Notes: generated by a model from the sequence alone, not told the origin. Positions 25,050 through 38,869 are shown, counted from the whole stretch's first letter. The stretch: DNA of 63,731 nt, filler included, from Ministeria vibrans ATCC 50519 (GCA_943704425.1; 9 parts of 9 records of this genome joined end to end with filler, not necessarily neighbours in it); one strand, 5' to 3'. Program-made: numbers and translations.

Positions 25050-26136
25050 CTGCGTCTTGATGAGACCCTTTCCTGCTCGCTCGACTGCTGCCTCTCGCTG
25101 GCGCTGCTGGGGTGCAGCCACGATGGGAGCCTCGCGCTGAACTTCGTACGGTGGCACAACATTGGTCAGCGCCGACCAGCGGAACGGTGGGTGACCGAGC
25201 ATACTCCACGTCAGCGTCTTCCGTCGGCAGTGTGATGCACTTGTGGACGCCTTTGAGCAGAATCTTCTTCGTACATCGTCTGAAGCGGCAGACTGGACAC
25301 CTGACCTTATCCGCAAGTCAGCAAGGGCAAGTGCGCTTTCCGAGCGAGACTTGGCCGGACTCTTCGTGAGCGGCGAAGTTCCTCTGGCGCTGACTATGGT
25401 TGGTGATGAGGCAACACCGGCAGCAAGTCTGATGAGTATCGCTGAGGACGTCCAACGCTGGCTGTACCCGCGGGATACTCCGAAATTCTCAAAGCACGCT
25501 CTCGAGCGGTCCTATAAGCGGTTCTTTCAGACGGACCTTCAGCGAGGTGCCTGCTCGAGTACTGCGATTCTTCGCCGATTTTCCGAGACGAAAGACTCCC
25601 AGACAATCGCGATCAACTTGTCACTCCTCACACGAGTCGCTCTCAGCACCCGTCTGACCCGCCTCCACCTGGCATGTGCTTTGCCTGCCGGCGAATCGTA
25701 CACGACGGCACAGACTACACCGGGCTCTCCAGACACCCTGTTCAAGATCGTCGGGACCGCAAACGACATCGACCCCATCACGTTTGCCAACCCATTCTTC
25801 CCAGAGCCTCCACCAACTGCGACGCCACTATCAGTCTCCTCACCGCGTGCCGCGACCCGCGCGTTGGACAGCGCTCGAATGCTCTACACTGTGAACGCCG
25901 TCTCGCGTCTTGTGTACCCAGACGACAACGAGCGCCAGAGCACGCTGATCACTCGTCTGCTCACCGCCACCAGTGTCGACAGTACCCGAGGCGAGTTTTT
26001 CGCCATTTTGCGCGCGATCAGCGAGGTGACGTGCCAACGTCGTATCTGGGTTCCGCAAGCAGGAAAGCGTGCGCGCGAGACTGAAGACGAGGGCAACGAT
26101 GACGATGAGAGCGAGCCAACGAAAAAGAAAAAATGA
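25050..26136 (+). CDS. Hypothetical protein, intronless, apparently frameshifted near 25235
   Basis: 297-codon GC-rich ORF without ATG start, ending in an acidic/basic tail (EPTKKKK). Upstream coding-like sequence lies in another frame. Confidence 0.45.
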
Positions 26137-26998
26137 GAGAGCGTGTGTCACTTCTTCCTTCCATCCTTTTTAATTTTATATTCCCTCTCAACTTTTGATA
26201 TCTTTGTGTGTGTGTGTATGTTTGTGCGTGTTACTCTTCCTTTCTTTCATCCGGTTTTCGCCTTTTATTGCCCTCCCAACTTTGACATCTTTGTGTGTTT
26301 GTGTGACTCCTTGTATAATTTCTTCGGGAAGAACAACGGTCGTGACGTGCTACATCTCTCTCACTCGCTCCTTCTCTTCTACAACAATATTGTTTTTTCG
26401 AAAACCTCTACAACAATATACTAGATAATTATAATAAAAAAGGAAAAATAAAAGAATAAGATAGAATCCAGCGTGTCCTGCTGTCCCGGATGTCCAGCGT
26501 GTCCAGGGTGTTTCATTCGTTCGAAGATGTTCACTTCTTCTTATCCTCTCTCTCTATTTATTTGTTTACCTGTCTCTCACGTACTCCTTGTCTGTCGCTC
26601 AGTCACTCTCACGCACTCCATATCTACCTCTCTCTCTCTCTATGTTTGTCCTCTCACTCACTGTTTGGCTGTCACTTAATCCCTCTCTGTTGACCTCTCT
26701 TACTCACTCCCAGTCTCTCTCACTCGCTCCTTCTCTTCTACAACAATATTGTTTTTTCGAAAACCTCTACAACAATTTCGTTTTTACTCCGTTTTTACAC
26801 CTTTTGATAGGAATGCCACCAGTATTCTTAACAATACTTTTCTTATTTGCTTATTTTCTTGTCGTTGACTGTCTTGCATGCATGACACGTCTTTTATTTA
26901 ACGCGAACAAAATAATGATAATAATAATAATAATTATTATTAGTATTATTATAATTATTTTTATTATAATTCTTAATCTTATTCATACAAGTTCATTT

Positions 26999-28894
26999 TC
27001 AATAGTCTTCATCGTCTTGCGCATCGTCCGAATCATACGACCGCTTCCCAGGCTTATTCTGTCCTGCACCATCGCGCGTATTCAATGATTGGTCAGAGTC
27101 ACTCCGACGCATTCCTCCGTACAAATTCCTAAATTTCGCTACGAAAAACATTGATGAGTTTTTTTTTTGGCCTTTTTGGCATATTGGTTTGGTTTGGTTT
27201 TACCAGCCAAGCTGAGCGGCGATTTTGATGGCTCCGAATGCGCCATGGTTTCAGCGCGAGCGCGCGTGATGGATGGCTCGCCATCGAAACTGTCGCAGCA
27301 TGCGGAATCGTTGGAGAAGTCAACAGGTTGGGGCGCAGTGACTGAGCGCTGTCGACGCACACGCTCTTGCATAGGCACGCGTGCTCCTACCCCACCGCCG
27401 GCTGTCGACTCGGCAAGACGTCGATCGTACGTGCGCCGTCGCTGCTCCGCTCGCTCCTTCCACATGCTCACCCTGCCCGTCGACGTAGATGGCGGTGGCG
27501 AGCCAGGTGGTGCTCCAAACCCTTCGGGCTGACCCACCGAGCGTGGACGGTCCAGTGTCATAATGTAGTCATGCTGAGGCGCGCGAAGTATCGACCCCAT
27601 GGGAGTTGGGCGCTGGCTGGGCGACACATTGCTGGACGTAATAGCACCATTGGACGACGACGCATGCGTACCCCTTGCGCCCGTTGGCGACGCAGACTGG
27701 ATGGGCGAGCTCAGTGGCGACGTTTTGTGAGTGCCCGTGGTAGGCGATGTCTCCACACTACAAAAAAAAATTAATTATTATTAATACTATTATCTTTGCA
27801 ATCATCTCTTCCTTCCTTACGATTGACTAGTGCGTTTTGGGGGTAGAGGCAGCGACATAGACACATCGGAAGTAGACACACGCCGTCCTTGTCGCGCCTA
27901 AGCACCAAACAACCGCGCATCAGTTGCGCAAACAAACAAAAACACAAACACACAAACAATTACCTGTGGAGACAAAGCTGCGTGATACATGATGGAGCGA
28001 GCGGGCGAGGAAAGTTTGCGGGCGGAAGGCGGCGTCTTGATGGTCGGCTGGGCTGGGCGAGTCGCTACACTCGGTGCACTCGGGGCACTGGCGGCTGTGG
28101 TTGGCTTGGCAGGTGGTGTCTCGCGTTGTGTCGAAGGCGCGCGCATCATTTCACGACGCGCTCGCAGCTCCAGAATGCTACCAGACGCTCCGCTGCTGCG
28201 ACGACGTACCAGAGGTCGAGATCGCGCCCCGCTGGTCAACTCGGACAGGTTCCCCACAGACGCAGTCAGGGCCGACTCGTTCGGTGAGCTCCTGTGTGTC
28301 AAGAGCGACGCAGTACTCGACGATGTCAAGGTGCTCACGTGTGCCCGGTTGTCGTCGTCGTCGTCATCGTCGTCTTCGTCGTCTTCGTCCACGTCGTCCT
28401 CAATCCGCGTCCCCAACACCGCCTCCTCGTGCCCATAACTCTCACTCCATTTCCTTTGCACTACCTTATGCACCTCCTCGGAGGCGGCTGTGCCACTTCC
28501 GCTCGTACGCAGACGTCGGTGTTCGAGTGCTGCCGCGGCAATGTTGGCCGCCGCTCGCGCAGTACGACTTTTAAGTGCACGACGATCCTCGTCTGTAGAC
28601 GCCGCCAAAGACCGTCGTGCGCGATAGCTTCCTCCACTCGTGCCGCTGCTGCGACGACGATCCGTCCTCACCGACTCGTCTTCGGCACCATCCCCGCTGC
28701 AACCAAGTTCGTCGTCGCCATCACCACGACCCCCATCGTCGTCGTCGTCGTCGAGGTCGTCGTCGTCGTTGTAACCGTACACGGTCTCCTCGTGAGCAAT
28801 CTGACGGCGTCTTGTACGTTGATCGTCGTCACATCGTCGCCTGTCTCTGTCATGACCCTCATCATCGCCGTTGCCATCGCCGGCATCGCCATCA

Positions 28895-28928
<34 letters not shown>

Positions 28929-31593
28929 TAAGACTCACACTCAAACGACTCTCGCCAAACGTAAAGCGTCGCGCTCCACCCATGCTCGAGCGGCCGTCCG
29001 GTGTCATGCACCCGCGATCAATGTCCACATCGCTCATGCGACTGCGCTGGTACGCCAGCTTTGGAGTGCGCGGTTCACCGAGACGTCGTGTCTCGCGTGC
29101 AGGCGACGCCGTCAGCAGCGCGAGTCCCTTGGGACGGCCACGCTCGCCACCAATGTCCATGGGTACGGTGGTCGGTGGTCTGGGTGTCATGTACGGTGCT
29201 GGTACAGACTCCGCGGTGGTCGCCGCAGCGTTTGCGGATGCAGTGACGGCAATAGGAAGGCCATCTTTGGCCGAGGAGGACGCGAGAACGGTTGGCGCGT
29301 TATCAGACGACCCATCCATGAAAAATGGCAGAGACATCGGTCGTTCTTTGCGTCCACCGCTCTGCTGAGGTCGTCGTTTCACGGTGTCGTCCTCGGCCAC
29401 GGGTACACAGGCCCCCGACTCGCTCCGAGTCACACCGGCCACTTCAACGCTGGCGGCCGCCTGGCGAGTTACGAGTGGACTCTCGCGATGCACGCGCGGT
29501 GGCGAACGCAACGCCGAGCGTGTTAGACTGCTCAAGGCACTCTGGGAGCGAGTTGCCCGTTCACGCAGCGACAAAGGTTTGACTCTCAGCAAATCTACAG
29601 CGTTGCCGCCTTCATCGTCACGCACCATCCTATTTCCACCTAACCCATATTTTTCCTGATCGTCATCGCTGTCGCCGTCGTCGTCGTCGTTCCCCAGCGA
29701 CGACTGCATCGACAGCGTCGGCCCCAAACTCGTCTTGCTACTCGCTGACGTCAGACTCGTCATAGACGTCTTACTCGTGCGTTGCAGCTGCGTCTGTTTT
29801 GTCTCCTCCTCCTCCTCTCTCTTCGACATTTTCGCTTCCTCTTCTTCCTCCACCTCGTCCTCGTCCTCTTCGGCAATGCCAATGGGCGCACAGGGTGCAC
29901 CACCGTTCCGCCTGCGTCGGTACGCATACGACGATTCGCCATCCGACGACTCCGGCTCTTCCTCCTCGGCAATGGTCAGGCTGCGGGGCGGTCGCGTCAC
30001 CGCAGTCGTCTTGCCTGCAATTAAATGAGTTGATGTTGTTGTAAGAGAGTTGTTGTATGTGATTGAATGAATTGATTAAATTTTACCTGCACTTCCAGCA
30101 TCGCTGTCGGAGTCTTCCGTGCACGACGTCGACGGAGATACGGAACTGTCATCGTGCGACCGTTCATCCTCATCTTCCACTTCGTCCGCCACCTCGTCTT
30201 CTTCCTGTACTGTTCGACTGGGGGCAGCTGCACGGCTCAAAGCTGGACGCTGTGCTGCCTCTTCCTCCTCCTCCTCCTTATCCTCTTCATCATCGACAAA
30301 ACCCGTGGCGAGTCGAGACGATGTCCACGATGGCTTCGAACGACGATCCAGCATGCTGACGACACGTCGCGGACGCGCGGATGAATTGCGAGCCAGCGAT
30401 ACCCCGTCCGATTTGTTGAAACTATCGTTGGTGGTGAATCCAGACACTGAAGGTGACTTGAGGGGTAGTCTTCCTTGCGACTGCGACTGGTCCACTTCCC
30501 TTGTCGCGCCTTTAGTTGTGTGTGTCGCTGTGTTGCCACGAGAGTTGCGCGTACTCATTGGCAAAGGAGCACGTAACCTCTCTTCGCGCTTGAGTCGCTT
30601 CGTCACCGTTTGCTACGATACAAACAAAAAAAAATAAAAAAAAATAAAAAATAAAAAATGAATAAAATATATATATATGAACAACCCAACGCCACAATTG
30701 ATCACATACCTGAGCGAGAAGCAAGAACGTGGCGGCAATGTGATCGTAGGAGTCGGCGCCGAGTGATGCGTCGACCGTGTCCCTGTCAATGTCGATATCT
30801 TCGAGTTTTTGAAAGACTCGTTCGCGGTCTGCGTCGTTCATGAGCGTCATCCAAGTGTCACGCGAGTCGCTTGTGTCAAGCGCGTCGCCAAAGAAGGTGT
30901 CGTTGGCAGTGACCCAGGAGTGTTTGATGATGGTGTCGAGCGAGGCGCGTTCGGTAGGCTCGCGCTTGAGCATGAGCGAGATGAGGTGTCGACAGCCCTC
31001 GCTCATGTGCGACGGACATGTGTACTTGACGTCCATGATGTTGATGAGCATCTCGCTTGGGTTGGCCTCTTCAAAAGGCAGCCGTCCCGCGACAAACATG
31101 AACAGAATCACGCCCAGTGACCAAATATCGACAGCGGGTCCGTCGTACGCATCGCCTAGCAGCAGCTCGGGCGGCGAGTATGCCATGGTGCCACATGCCG
31201 TCTCCATCTTCTCCCCTGAAACACAAGACAAACCATTCAAATTCTGTATGGTACTTTTAGTTTTCAAACCTTCGTGATAGTCATTGCTAAAGCCAAAATC
31301 AGTGATCTTGATGACCGAGTCGCACAAAAGAAGATTTTCCGGCTTGAGATCACGGTGAACTACCCGCAGGTTGTGACAGTAGTCAATGGCCGAGAGGGTT
31401 TGTCGGAAGTAGGCACGTGCCGTGTCCTCGTCGAGCTGCCCCATGTTGCTCACGCGGTCGTACATGTCACCGTCTCGTGCCAGCTCCATAATAATGTACA
31501 GCTTTGACGGAGTGTCCAAGACCTGTTGCGACAAGAGTTTTAGATGGAGAAACACGAAAAATACCAATTTTATGGTGCACAACGACGCACACA

Positions 31594-31642
<49 letters not shown>

Positions 31643-32496
31643 ACACGCAAGACACACAGCGACAGACATATATAGGCGATTGCAGTAGTGTGTACCTCGT
31701 AGAGTTTGACAACGTGAGGGTGGTTCATCACCTTCATGCACCGCACCTCCTGGAACAAGTGTGCCCGTGCCTGGTCGTCCAACTTTTGCTTGTCGATAAT
31801 CTTGACAGCTACTTGTTCGCCTACGGAAAGCACAAGAGCGGGTGGGTTGAGCACGGCAACGACAAGAAAATGGGCGGTGGGCAAGAGCGAAAGAGAGAGA
31901 GCCAGAGAGAGAGGGAGAGAGAGAAAGATTGAGAGAGAGAGCGAGAAGGAAAGTGGATTGGAGACTGAACAACAAAAATGGTGCGACTGACTGTGCAGAG
32001 GACAGGGTGAGTAGAGGCACGTCGAGAACATCAAAAGGAATGTCGAGAGAATGTGTTCAGCGCGCGAGCAGGGCTGCAGCAGTGCTCAGTGGGTTCGTTT
32101 GAAGCATACCAGTGAAAACATGTTCGGCCAGCTTGACGACGGCAAAGTGACCGCGTCCCAGGTTCTGCTTGAAGTCGTACAGGCCGACGAACTCGCCAAA
32201 CGACGCAGTTGTCGTCGATGATGGCTGTGGGCCGGTCGGGCGCGGGTCGGCGACACGAAGAGAGGCCAAAGAGAGAGCGAGAGAAAACCAGAAGAAGGTT
32301 TTAGCAGGTGAAAAAAAAAAAGAAAAAAAAAACGGCGGTCTCAAAAAAAAAAAAGGAAAAAAGGTCGTTTGAGGGTGGGTGTAGGAGAGAGGGGCGGGCA
32401 CAATGAACAGAGAAGAGGGAGAGCGGGACAGGGCGGGCGGCAGACCTTGTGGGCGTGGGCAGAGACGGCGCGAATCTTGGCCACAGGATCAGACAT
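26999..32496 (-). CDS. SNRK: SNF-related serine/threonine kinase (SNRK-like) with UBA region and very long low-complexity C-terminus
   Basis: [108 protein letters not shown]. Confidence 0.92.
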
Positions 32497-32718
32497 GGCG
32501 AGAGCGACCGAGTGTGGGTGACGCCGGGCCCGCTGCTGCTCTGAACGCGTCCGCCCCCTCCGCAACAAACAGGTGCTGAGCCAACGCACGCAAACGGTAC
32601 AATCACTACAGTTGCCTGAAGGTATTTGTCTGACTTCTGACTGTCTTTGAACTTTCACCCTTTCAAAAAATGCAAAGGATCATTGAATATTATTTATTTT
32701 CAAAAAATATTCACCTTT

Positions 32719-33111
32719 ATGACAGACGAGGTTTCGGGCAGGGCACCGACTGTGTCTGTGGCAGAAGAAGGTGTGACGGAGTCAAGTGACGCCGCTGTGG
32801 CGATGGACAGCTCGAGAGAGAAGGAGACAGCGAGAGACACGACGAAGGAAGCAACAACAGCCGTCGACGCAGCCGATGGGCCCGCAAAGGACGCTGAAGA
32901 GAGCAATGCAAGTGCGCCGGCGACCGAGGCTGTGCGGCCGCAGGTGGACGGCAAGATCCGCGCCTGTCGCGGTCGCTTTGCCGTCGCGGACATGCTCAGC
33001 ATCCGCAAGACAGGCCATCCTGCGCGCAAGTGGGCGCGCCAGTGTGTGGAGGTTGGCGTGCTGAGGACACAGCGTTGGGTGAGGCTGGAGGAGGCGTCTC
33101 CATCCGAATGA
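32719..33111 (+). CDS. Small protein with possible BCL7-like C-terminal motif
   Basis: Single ORF with acidic Ala/Thr-rich N-terminus, then RKWARQCVEVGVLRTQRWV. Confidence 0.5.
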   Translation: MTDEVSGRAPTVSVAEEGVTESSDAAVAMDSSREKETARDTTKEATTAVDAADGPAKDAEESNASAPATEAVRPQVDGKIRACRGRFAVADMLSIRKTGHPARKWARQCVEVGVLRTQRWVRLEEASPSE

Positions 33112-33353
33112 TACAAACTCAAACTGTACAATAGTATAATATAAATCACAACCCTGGTCACATGGCACTCAGAAGTCAGAGAGGACAGAGACCACTTACT
33201 ACTTGGCACTTGGCACTGATCAGTGATGAATGATGACTCATGTCAAATATTCAATCAGCGCTTATTCTTATCCAAGTGTCCATTGTCCATTGTCCATTGT
33301 CCAATTCGTTGAGTGACTTGAGTGAGTTGAGTCTCACTCGATTATCTGGCCCC

Positions 33354-34796
33354 ATGACCGAGTCTGCGCCCCCAGAATGGCGATGCTCCATCTGTTATGG
33401 CCTCTTATATGAGCCAGTCGTACACATGCAAACAATCAAAGGACACATCTCTTCCGTAACGCCTCTCCTCATCCCTCCCTCCCCCAGGCGACTCCCTGCC
33501 GCCACCACTTCTGCAGGGAGTGCATCACAAAGGCCCTGGCGCAGACTACAAGCACGTGTCCGCTGTGTAAGGTGCGCATTATGACGTGGGCGCGAAAGGC
33601 ACCGCCAGTCAATGAGCAACTCGCGCTTAAGATTGTCGAAGCACTCCCACGCACCGCAGCTTATCGCGAGAAGCGACGAAGACAAGGATGCGCCCCCAAC
33701 GACATCGATGGCGACGACGCTCCTCACGTCGAGTTTGAGATGGCGCCCAGAGCGCCCGTTTCCTCCGATACGGGACTGCGCGCGGAAGCCATGGCGTGCG
33801 AGGCGGAAGCGGAACGCCGACGGCAGAAAGAGGAGGCGCTGTCGCAGCCGATTCTGGAAGAGATGCGACTTGAAAAGAAGCGCGTCCAGCAGCAGCGTGC
33901 CGAGGCGGACCGGCTCAGTCAGAAGCTCGTCCAGAAGATGCAGCAAGACGATGGTGTTGGTGTGGTGCTGAGCCGAAAGCGCAAGACCTCGCCACGGCTC
34001 ACGATAGAGGGGGATACCAAGCGAGTGCGGGCCGTTGCGACGGAAGAGGTAATGAAAAGTCCGTGCGGTGGCGGCGAAAAAGAAGGGTGGAGCGCGAGGG
34101 GAATGGAAGAGATTGACGAGGAGGAGCGGGTGCACTTGGCTGAGGGAGTAGCGGGTGATGGCACGGAGGAGGAGCAAGAGGCGGACATGGAAACCCTCGT
34201 GTTCTCGGATCCGGGAATGTACGATGAGGTGGAGCAGCGACGCAGGACGGAAGTGGAACTGGAGCAGCAGAACGCAGAAGAAGACAGCGAAGGGGCGAGC
34301 GACAGCGACGAGGGTATTGATGAAGAGGAGGAGGATTTTCGAAGGGCACAGACGGGGCTACCCTCTCCTCTTGTAACTGCAACAGTCACTACGACGACGA
34401 CGACCACCACCACCACCACGAGTGCGACAACCTCACTGGCGGACGTGGCACCGAGACTCGTTGCTGTGCCTCCAGAACATGAGGAGGAGGAGGAGGACCA
34501 ACAGCAACAAGAACAAGTGATAAGACAGCGCAGGTGGAATGAAGCGAATGCGACCGACAAGGATACGACTGCCACCTCAACGCCCACACCATCCGCGCCC
34601 GCCGCAGTGTCAGAAGACGAACGAGTCGCTCGTGAACTGCAGGCCGATTATGACCAAGAATACGCTAAGGTTACACCGTCAACCCTTAATCCCTCGTACT
34701 CATTTACTCACGCACTCACTGTAGGAACGCGCACGCCAAGAGGCAGCGGACCATGCTTTCGCTCTTAAATTGCAGGCGTCCCTTGGTGGGCACTGA
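33354..34796 (+). CDS. RING E3 ubiquitin ligase, RNF168/169-like, with MIU-like motifs, 3 exons
   Basis: CSICYGLLYEPV|RLPCRHHFCREC..TCPLCKVRIMTWARK..VNEQLALKI..P, then GLRAEAM..ERRRQKEEALSQ. MIU-like SEDERVARELQ and EAADHAFALKLQ. Confidence 0.8.
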
Positions 34797-34840
34797 CCTC
34801 TCTGCCCTTCATGTGTATATAATATACTAATATTCTTTCA

Positions 34841-37199
34841 TCAACACCCACTTTCAGTGTAATTCCGCCAGTTGCGTCTCGTTGATTGCCGTCTGACAAA
34901 GCCGTAGGGTCGCCCTTGAGTGTAGAGGGTAGGCAAATCGTTTTTCAGTCGGGTGCCCCCTTCGCAACCGAAGAGCGACTGGATGCCCAGGTGTCGCTCA
35001 ATGCAATCATTTCGCAAACAAAAATTGCAGATAGGAAGTGACGCCATTACCAAATCTATGCACATCAAGCAGCTCACTCTTTGTGCACGAATTGAACGAA
35101 TGTAAATTACATGCTCGATGGGCACGTATGTGACAAGCCAACTAGTTGACAACAGCTTTGGCCAAAGTGGTCGCAATTTTGATGGCAAGCGTCGCTTGTA
35201 CACTATTGCTATAATATTATAATTATTGTACAGAGATCTCATTGGCCGACTTGAGAGCCTCTTCAAAAAGAGCATCCAGGGTGTCCGTATCAAACCATCG
35301 CTTGAGGCGGGCGTGTAAATGGTCGATGCAGCGGCGAGGTGCAGTGTGGTGCTCGTGAACACAACGAAGGGTGGCACGAATAAGCTGAGGTGGAGGGCGA
35401 CAGATGGTGCTGAAGGTGTCAAGAAGTGAGGCGGCGGCGGTGGGGTCGTTCACGTAGCTGACGGCATAGGCAAGTTCGGTGTCGACACTGGCTGGATCGT
35501 TACTAACAAAGGGAAGCAGGCGGTTGAGGAGCGGAAAGAGGGAGACAAGCCACTGCTCAAGCGACGAGTGCTGGTGCGCCTCCATAGTAAGCCGCAGGGC
35601 CTGCACGTCGGGTCGTACGGGGGGCGCAGGAAGTGCCGCCAACACAAGCATACGATCAAACACGTTTGAAGCAGACGCGTCCGAATGCGTGTGGACACAG
35701 GTCCGCAAAGTGCACAAAAAGCTGTCGTTGTTGGGCTGCAGCTGCACATCCCGATGCATATGCGCACGCACCTCCATGCTCCGCAGCAGATTCAGAGCCA
35801 CCTGTGTGCGCCCCGCATCCGCAGCAATCCCCAATACAATGTTGTACGAGTCGAGTGAAGGTTCCATCTCAAGCGAGCCCTAAGTGAGAGGAAGAAGTGA
35901 CTCATTGTGCACAAGTGACTCATTGTGCGTGTGCGTGTCCCACACACTCTTTCTGAACCATATTCTCTTTCGCTCTTTCTCCCAAATTTGTTCTTTCTCC
36001 CACCTCTGTCGTACCTCAGCAGCTGCCTCCTCCATTGTCGCCAGTACTCGCACCGCATCGGCAAGGCGACGCGACGAACGACATGCGGCCATTGCAAGAT
36101 TACAAGCAGCAGTGCGCACAACCAATGGGTGCACATCAGGCGTCGGGCCCATCTGCGTCTGGTGGTCGCGCAGTGCGTGCATTGCCGCCAGCGTCGCCAG
36201 TGCCTGCTCTGCAATGCCCCGTTGTGCACAGTACTCCAATATCAGTGTAAACGACGTATTCGTGGGCATCAACAGCGGTTCGTTCGACATTCCTACACGC
36301 CAAGAGTGAGAGTGTGTGCCAACCATTCTCTACGGGATTCGTTGACTGTACCCGCGTGAGTCATTGAATCGAGTACTTTGAGCGCATCTTCAAGATCGGA
36401 GTGTCGCAAACACGACCGAATAACCTGATTACACACAGAACAGTCGATGACCACTCGTCTGTTGTTTCGACTCTTTTGACGTTCCATTCTAGTAATAAAA
36501 AAAACACTAATTGAGACGAAGCAAACCCATAAAAGGTGAAGTTACCGCTGTAGAAGACCCATCACATCGTTGACTGTGCCTTTATTAACAAAAATCTCGA
36601 GAACAGAGGTGTACAGACTCTGCCAGGGTGTCACTATTGAAACACGGAGTGGTAAAAGATATTGCAGACGGTCCCACTCGATTGAGTTTATACCTTTGGG
36701 ATTGTCCATTTCGACATTTTGCTTCTCAACCCGCTCCATAATGGATATTTTGACGCTGTCGTCGTCGACATCGCTAAAGAGACGGTATGTTTCGTTTCGG
36801 GGTGCCCGTTGCCATTGCTACGCAAGACACAATCATCCGCCGCTGTCACTCGAAAACGGTTTCACAAACTCACTCACTCACTCACTCACACAACAACTCA
36901 CCTTTCGCTCAGCATTCTGCTCCATCTTGTTGAGAACTGTAAATGCATACGACAGACCCGCCTTGCGGCACTGCATGAGACACTCCTCGTAGACAGCCGT
37001 GGTGCACACTGCGCCAGTCGCATGCGACGCACTCTCCTCCTCGCAGCGCTACGTCGCAAAGCGGAGACGGGTCAGACGCAAGCGACGCATGGATATGGAT
37101 GCCCACGCCGTCTTCAACGCACCTCAAGGTACTCCAGGTACTTGAGAACCTCTGTGGGCTCGTTGGTGCCGTCGAGGACGCGGACGGTCCGGATCGCAT
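34841..37199 (-). CDS. Pentatricopeptide-repeat (PPR) protein, multi-exon
   Basis: PPR-like units VCNQVIRSCLRHSDLEDALKVLDSM, PTNTSFTLILEYCAQRGIAEQALATLAAM, PSLDSYNIVLGIAADAGRTQVALNLLRSM. Confidence 0.75.
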
Positions 37200-37387
37200 C
37201 GATTTCCTTTAAGGGTCTTCTCCACTGATTCAGCATTAATTGCCCAATCTGCGCGGGTCACAGAGCCGAAAAGGGGATAATCAGGAGGTGGCACGAGACG
37301 AAGAAGGTAACAAAAGAAATGATTAATAATTGTAAATTTTAAGCTGTTATTGAAGAGAATGAGGAAGACATTTCAAAAGTTATTGCA

Positions 37388-37941
37388 TTAACAAGACTTG
37401 AGCAGCTCGGACGCCTCCTTGTGTGCGGTGCGGTCGTCGGGCGTGTCGCCCTGCATCGCCAGTGCTGCCATCAGCCACTCCTTTGCCTCGCTCTTGCGCC
37501 CCATCCGCAGCAGCGTCTTGCCCACCATCAGCGTATTCTTTGTGTAGAACCTGTACACATGCAAACCAACGTGAACAACAGGCTCGGTGTTTTCATTCTT
37601 ACCCCTTTTCAATGGCCTCTGCCGCCTCAAAGTGTGACAGTGCCTCTTCATACGTCGACTGTGGTGGCGTTGCAAACAGTGCTGCCGCCAAGTTGCGCTC
37701 AATCCATGACAGCTCGGCAAACGTGAAACACCAAAGACCCAGCAGATGTCGTGACGTTGCATCTTTTTCATTCAGGCGACACGCCGCCTCAAAGTGTTCG
37801 CGGATCTCAAAGGCACTCCCAATGCGCTCCTTGGTCGACTTGTAGTCTCCCGCTCGACTCAGTCCAATAGCGTACCACTGATAAAATCAATAATAATGTT
37901 ATTATGATTATTATGATTATGCAGATGACACTTGACACTCA

Positions 37942-37982
<41 letters not shown>

Positions 37983-38733
37983 GATAATAATAATAATAAT
38001 AGTAATAACATCATATAAACACACACACACACACATACACATACACATACATACATACATACATTGTTCTCTCTCTCTCAAACCTCTCCATCTCTCTCTC
38101 TCTCTCTCTGTATCACTATGTTCTTTCTCTCTCTCTTTATGCATTAGAGAGAAAGAGAAAGAAGGAGAAAGAACAGATGAGTCTGTACCTTGTGACAGGC
38201 AAAATTGTCGGGTTCAAGCTCAACAGATCGCTTTGCGTGAGCCAGACACTCCATGACGAGCCTTGAAAAACAAACAATGGATGTCAAGACGGCAATGGCA
38301 GCACAAGACCGCACCCTTACGCTTGCTTCTTCGCCGCATCCTCTTCAAGATCACTCATGTCGCGACATGCGCGTGCAAAGCGCCACAGCACCTCGCCCGA
38401 AACGGCGTCGGGAGCGTCTGAGTACGCTTGGAGCAGAAACCGATGCAGCGCCTCCGTCTCGTGCGCGTCGTACAGCTTGTCGGCGACCGCACACGTTTTC
38501 TCGTCGTCCGCACCCTTGCTGCTGCAGCGTGCGTCCGACACCTGCATGGCCATGGCGGCCGCAGTAAGCGTCACCCCGACAACGCCAACAGTGCGCCATC
38601 TCATCTGCGGTCGACCAACCGCCACCGCCACCGCCACAGACTGTCCGTGGCTCGATCGGGCCGCCGCACCCCCGCACCCACGAATCGCCTGGACCGCAGC
38701 AGCGCGACTTCGTACCAGAATAGTTCGGAACAT
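37388..38733 (-). CDS. RMDN1: Regulator of microtubule dynamics protein 1-like (TPR), with mitochondrial presequence-like N-terminus
   Basis: ADKLYD, EVLWRFARACRDM, WYAIGL..ERIGSAFEIREHF, ATSRHLLGLWCF, FYTKNTLMVGK..EAKEWL..DDRTAHKEA. Confidence 0.88.
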
Positions 38734-38869
38734 CAAGAAAAAAGGTTATCAGTTATCAAAAACAATATTCATTTATTTTCATATTTATTACATTTCACGA
38801 CATTTCACGACAAACTGACGTGGCTTACCCTTTCAAAGAGACAGACGGAATCAGTTGGACGTAAATAGC

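Noticed and set aside
28294-29526. Long + strand ORFs over the SNRK tail
   Set aside because: Antisense to a GC-rich low-complexity exon, with no independent coding signal.
33170-33345. TGACTCA/TGAGT-rich upstream regions as AP-1-like promoters (also about 22850-23030)
   Set aside because: These short motifs are common in this CA/CT-rich genome and enrichment cannot be shown by eye.
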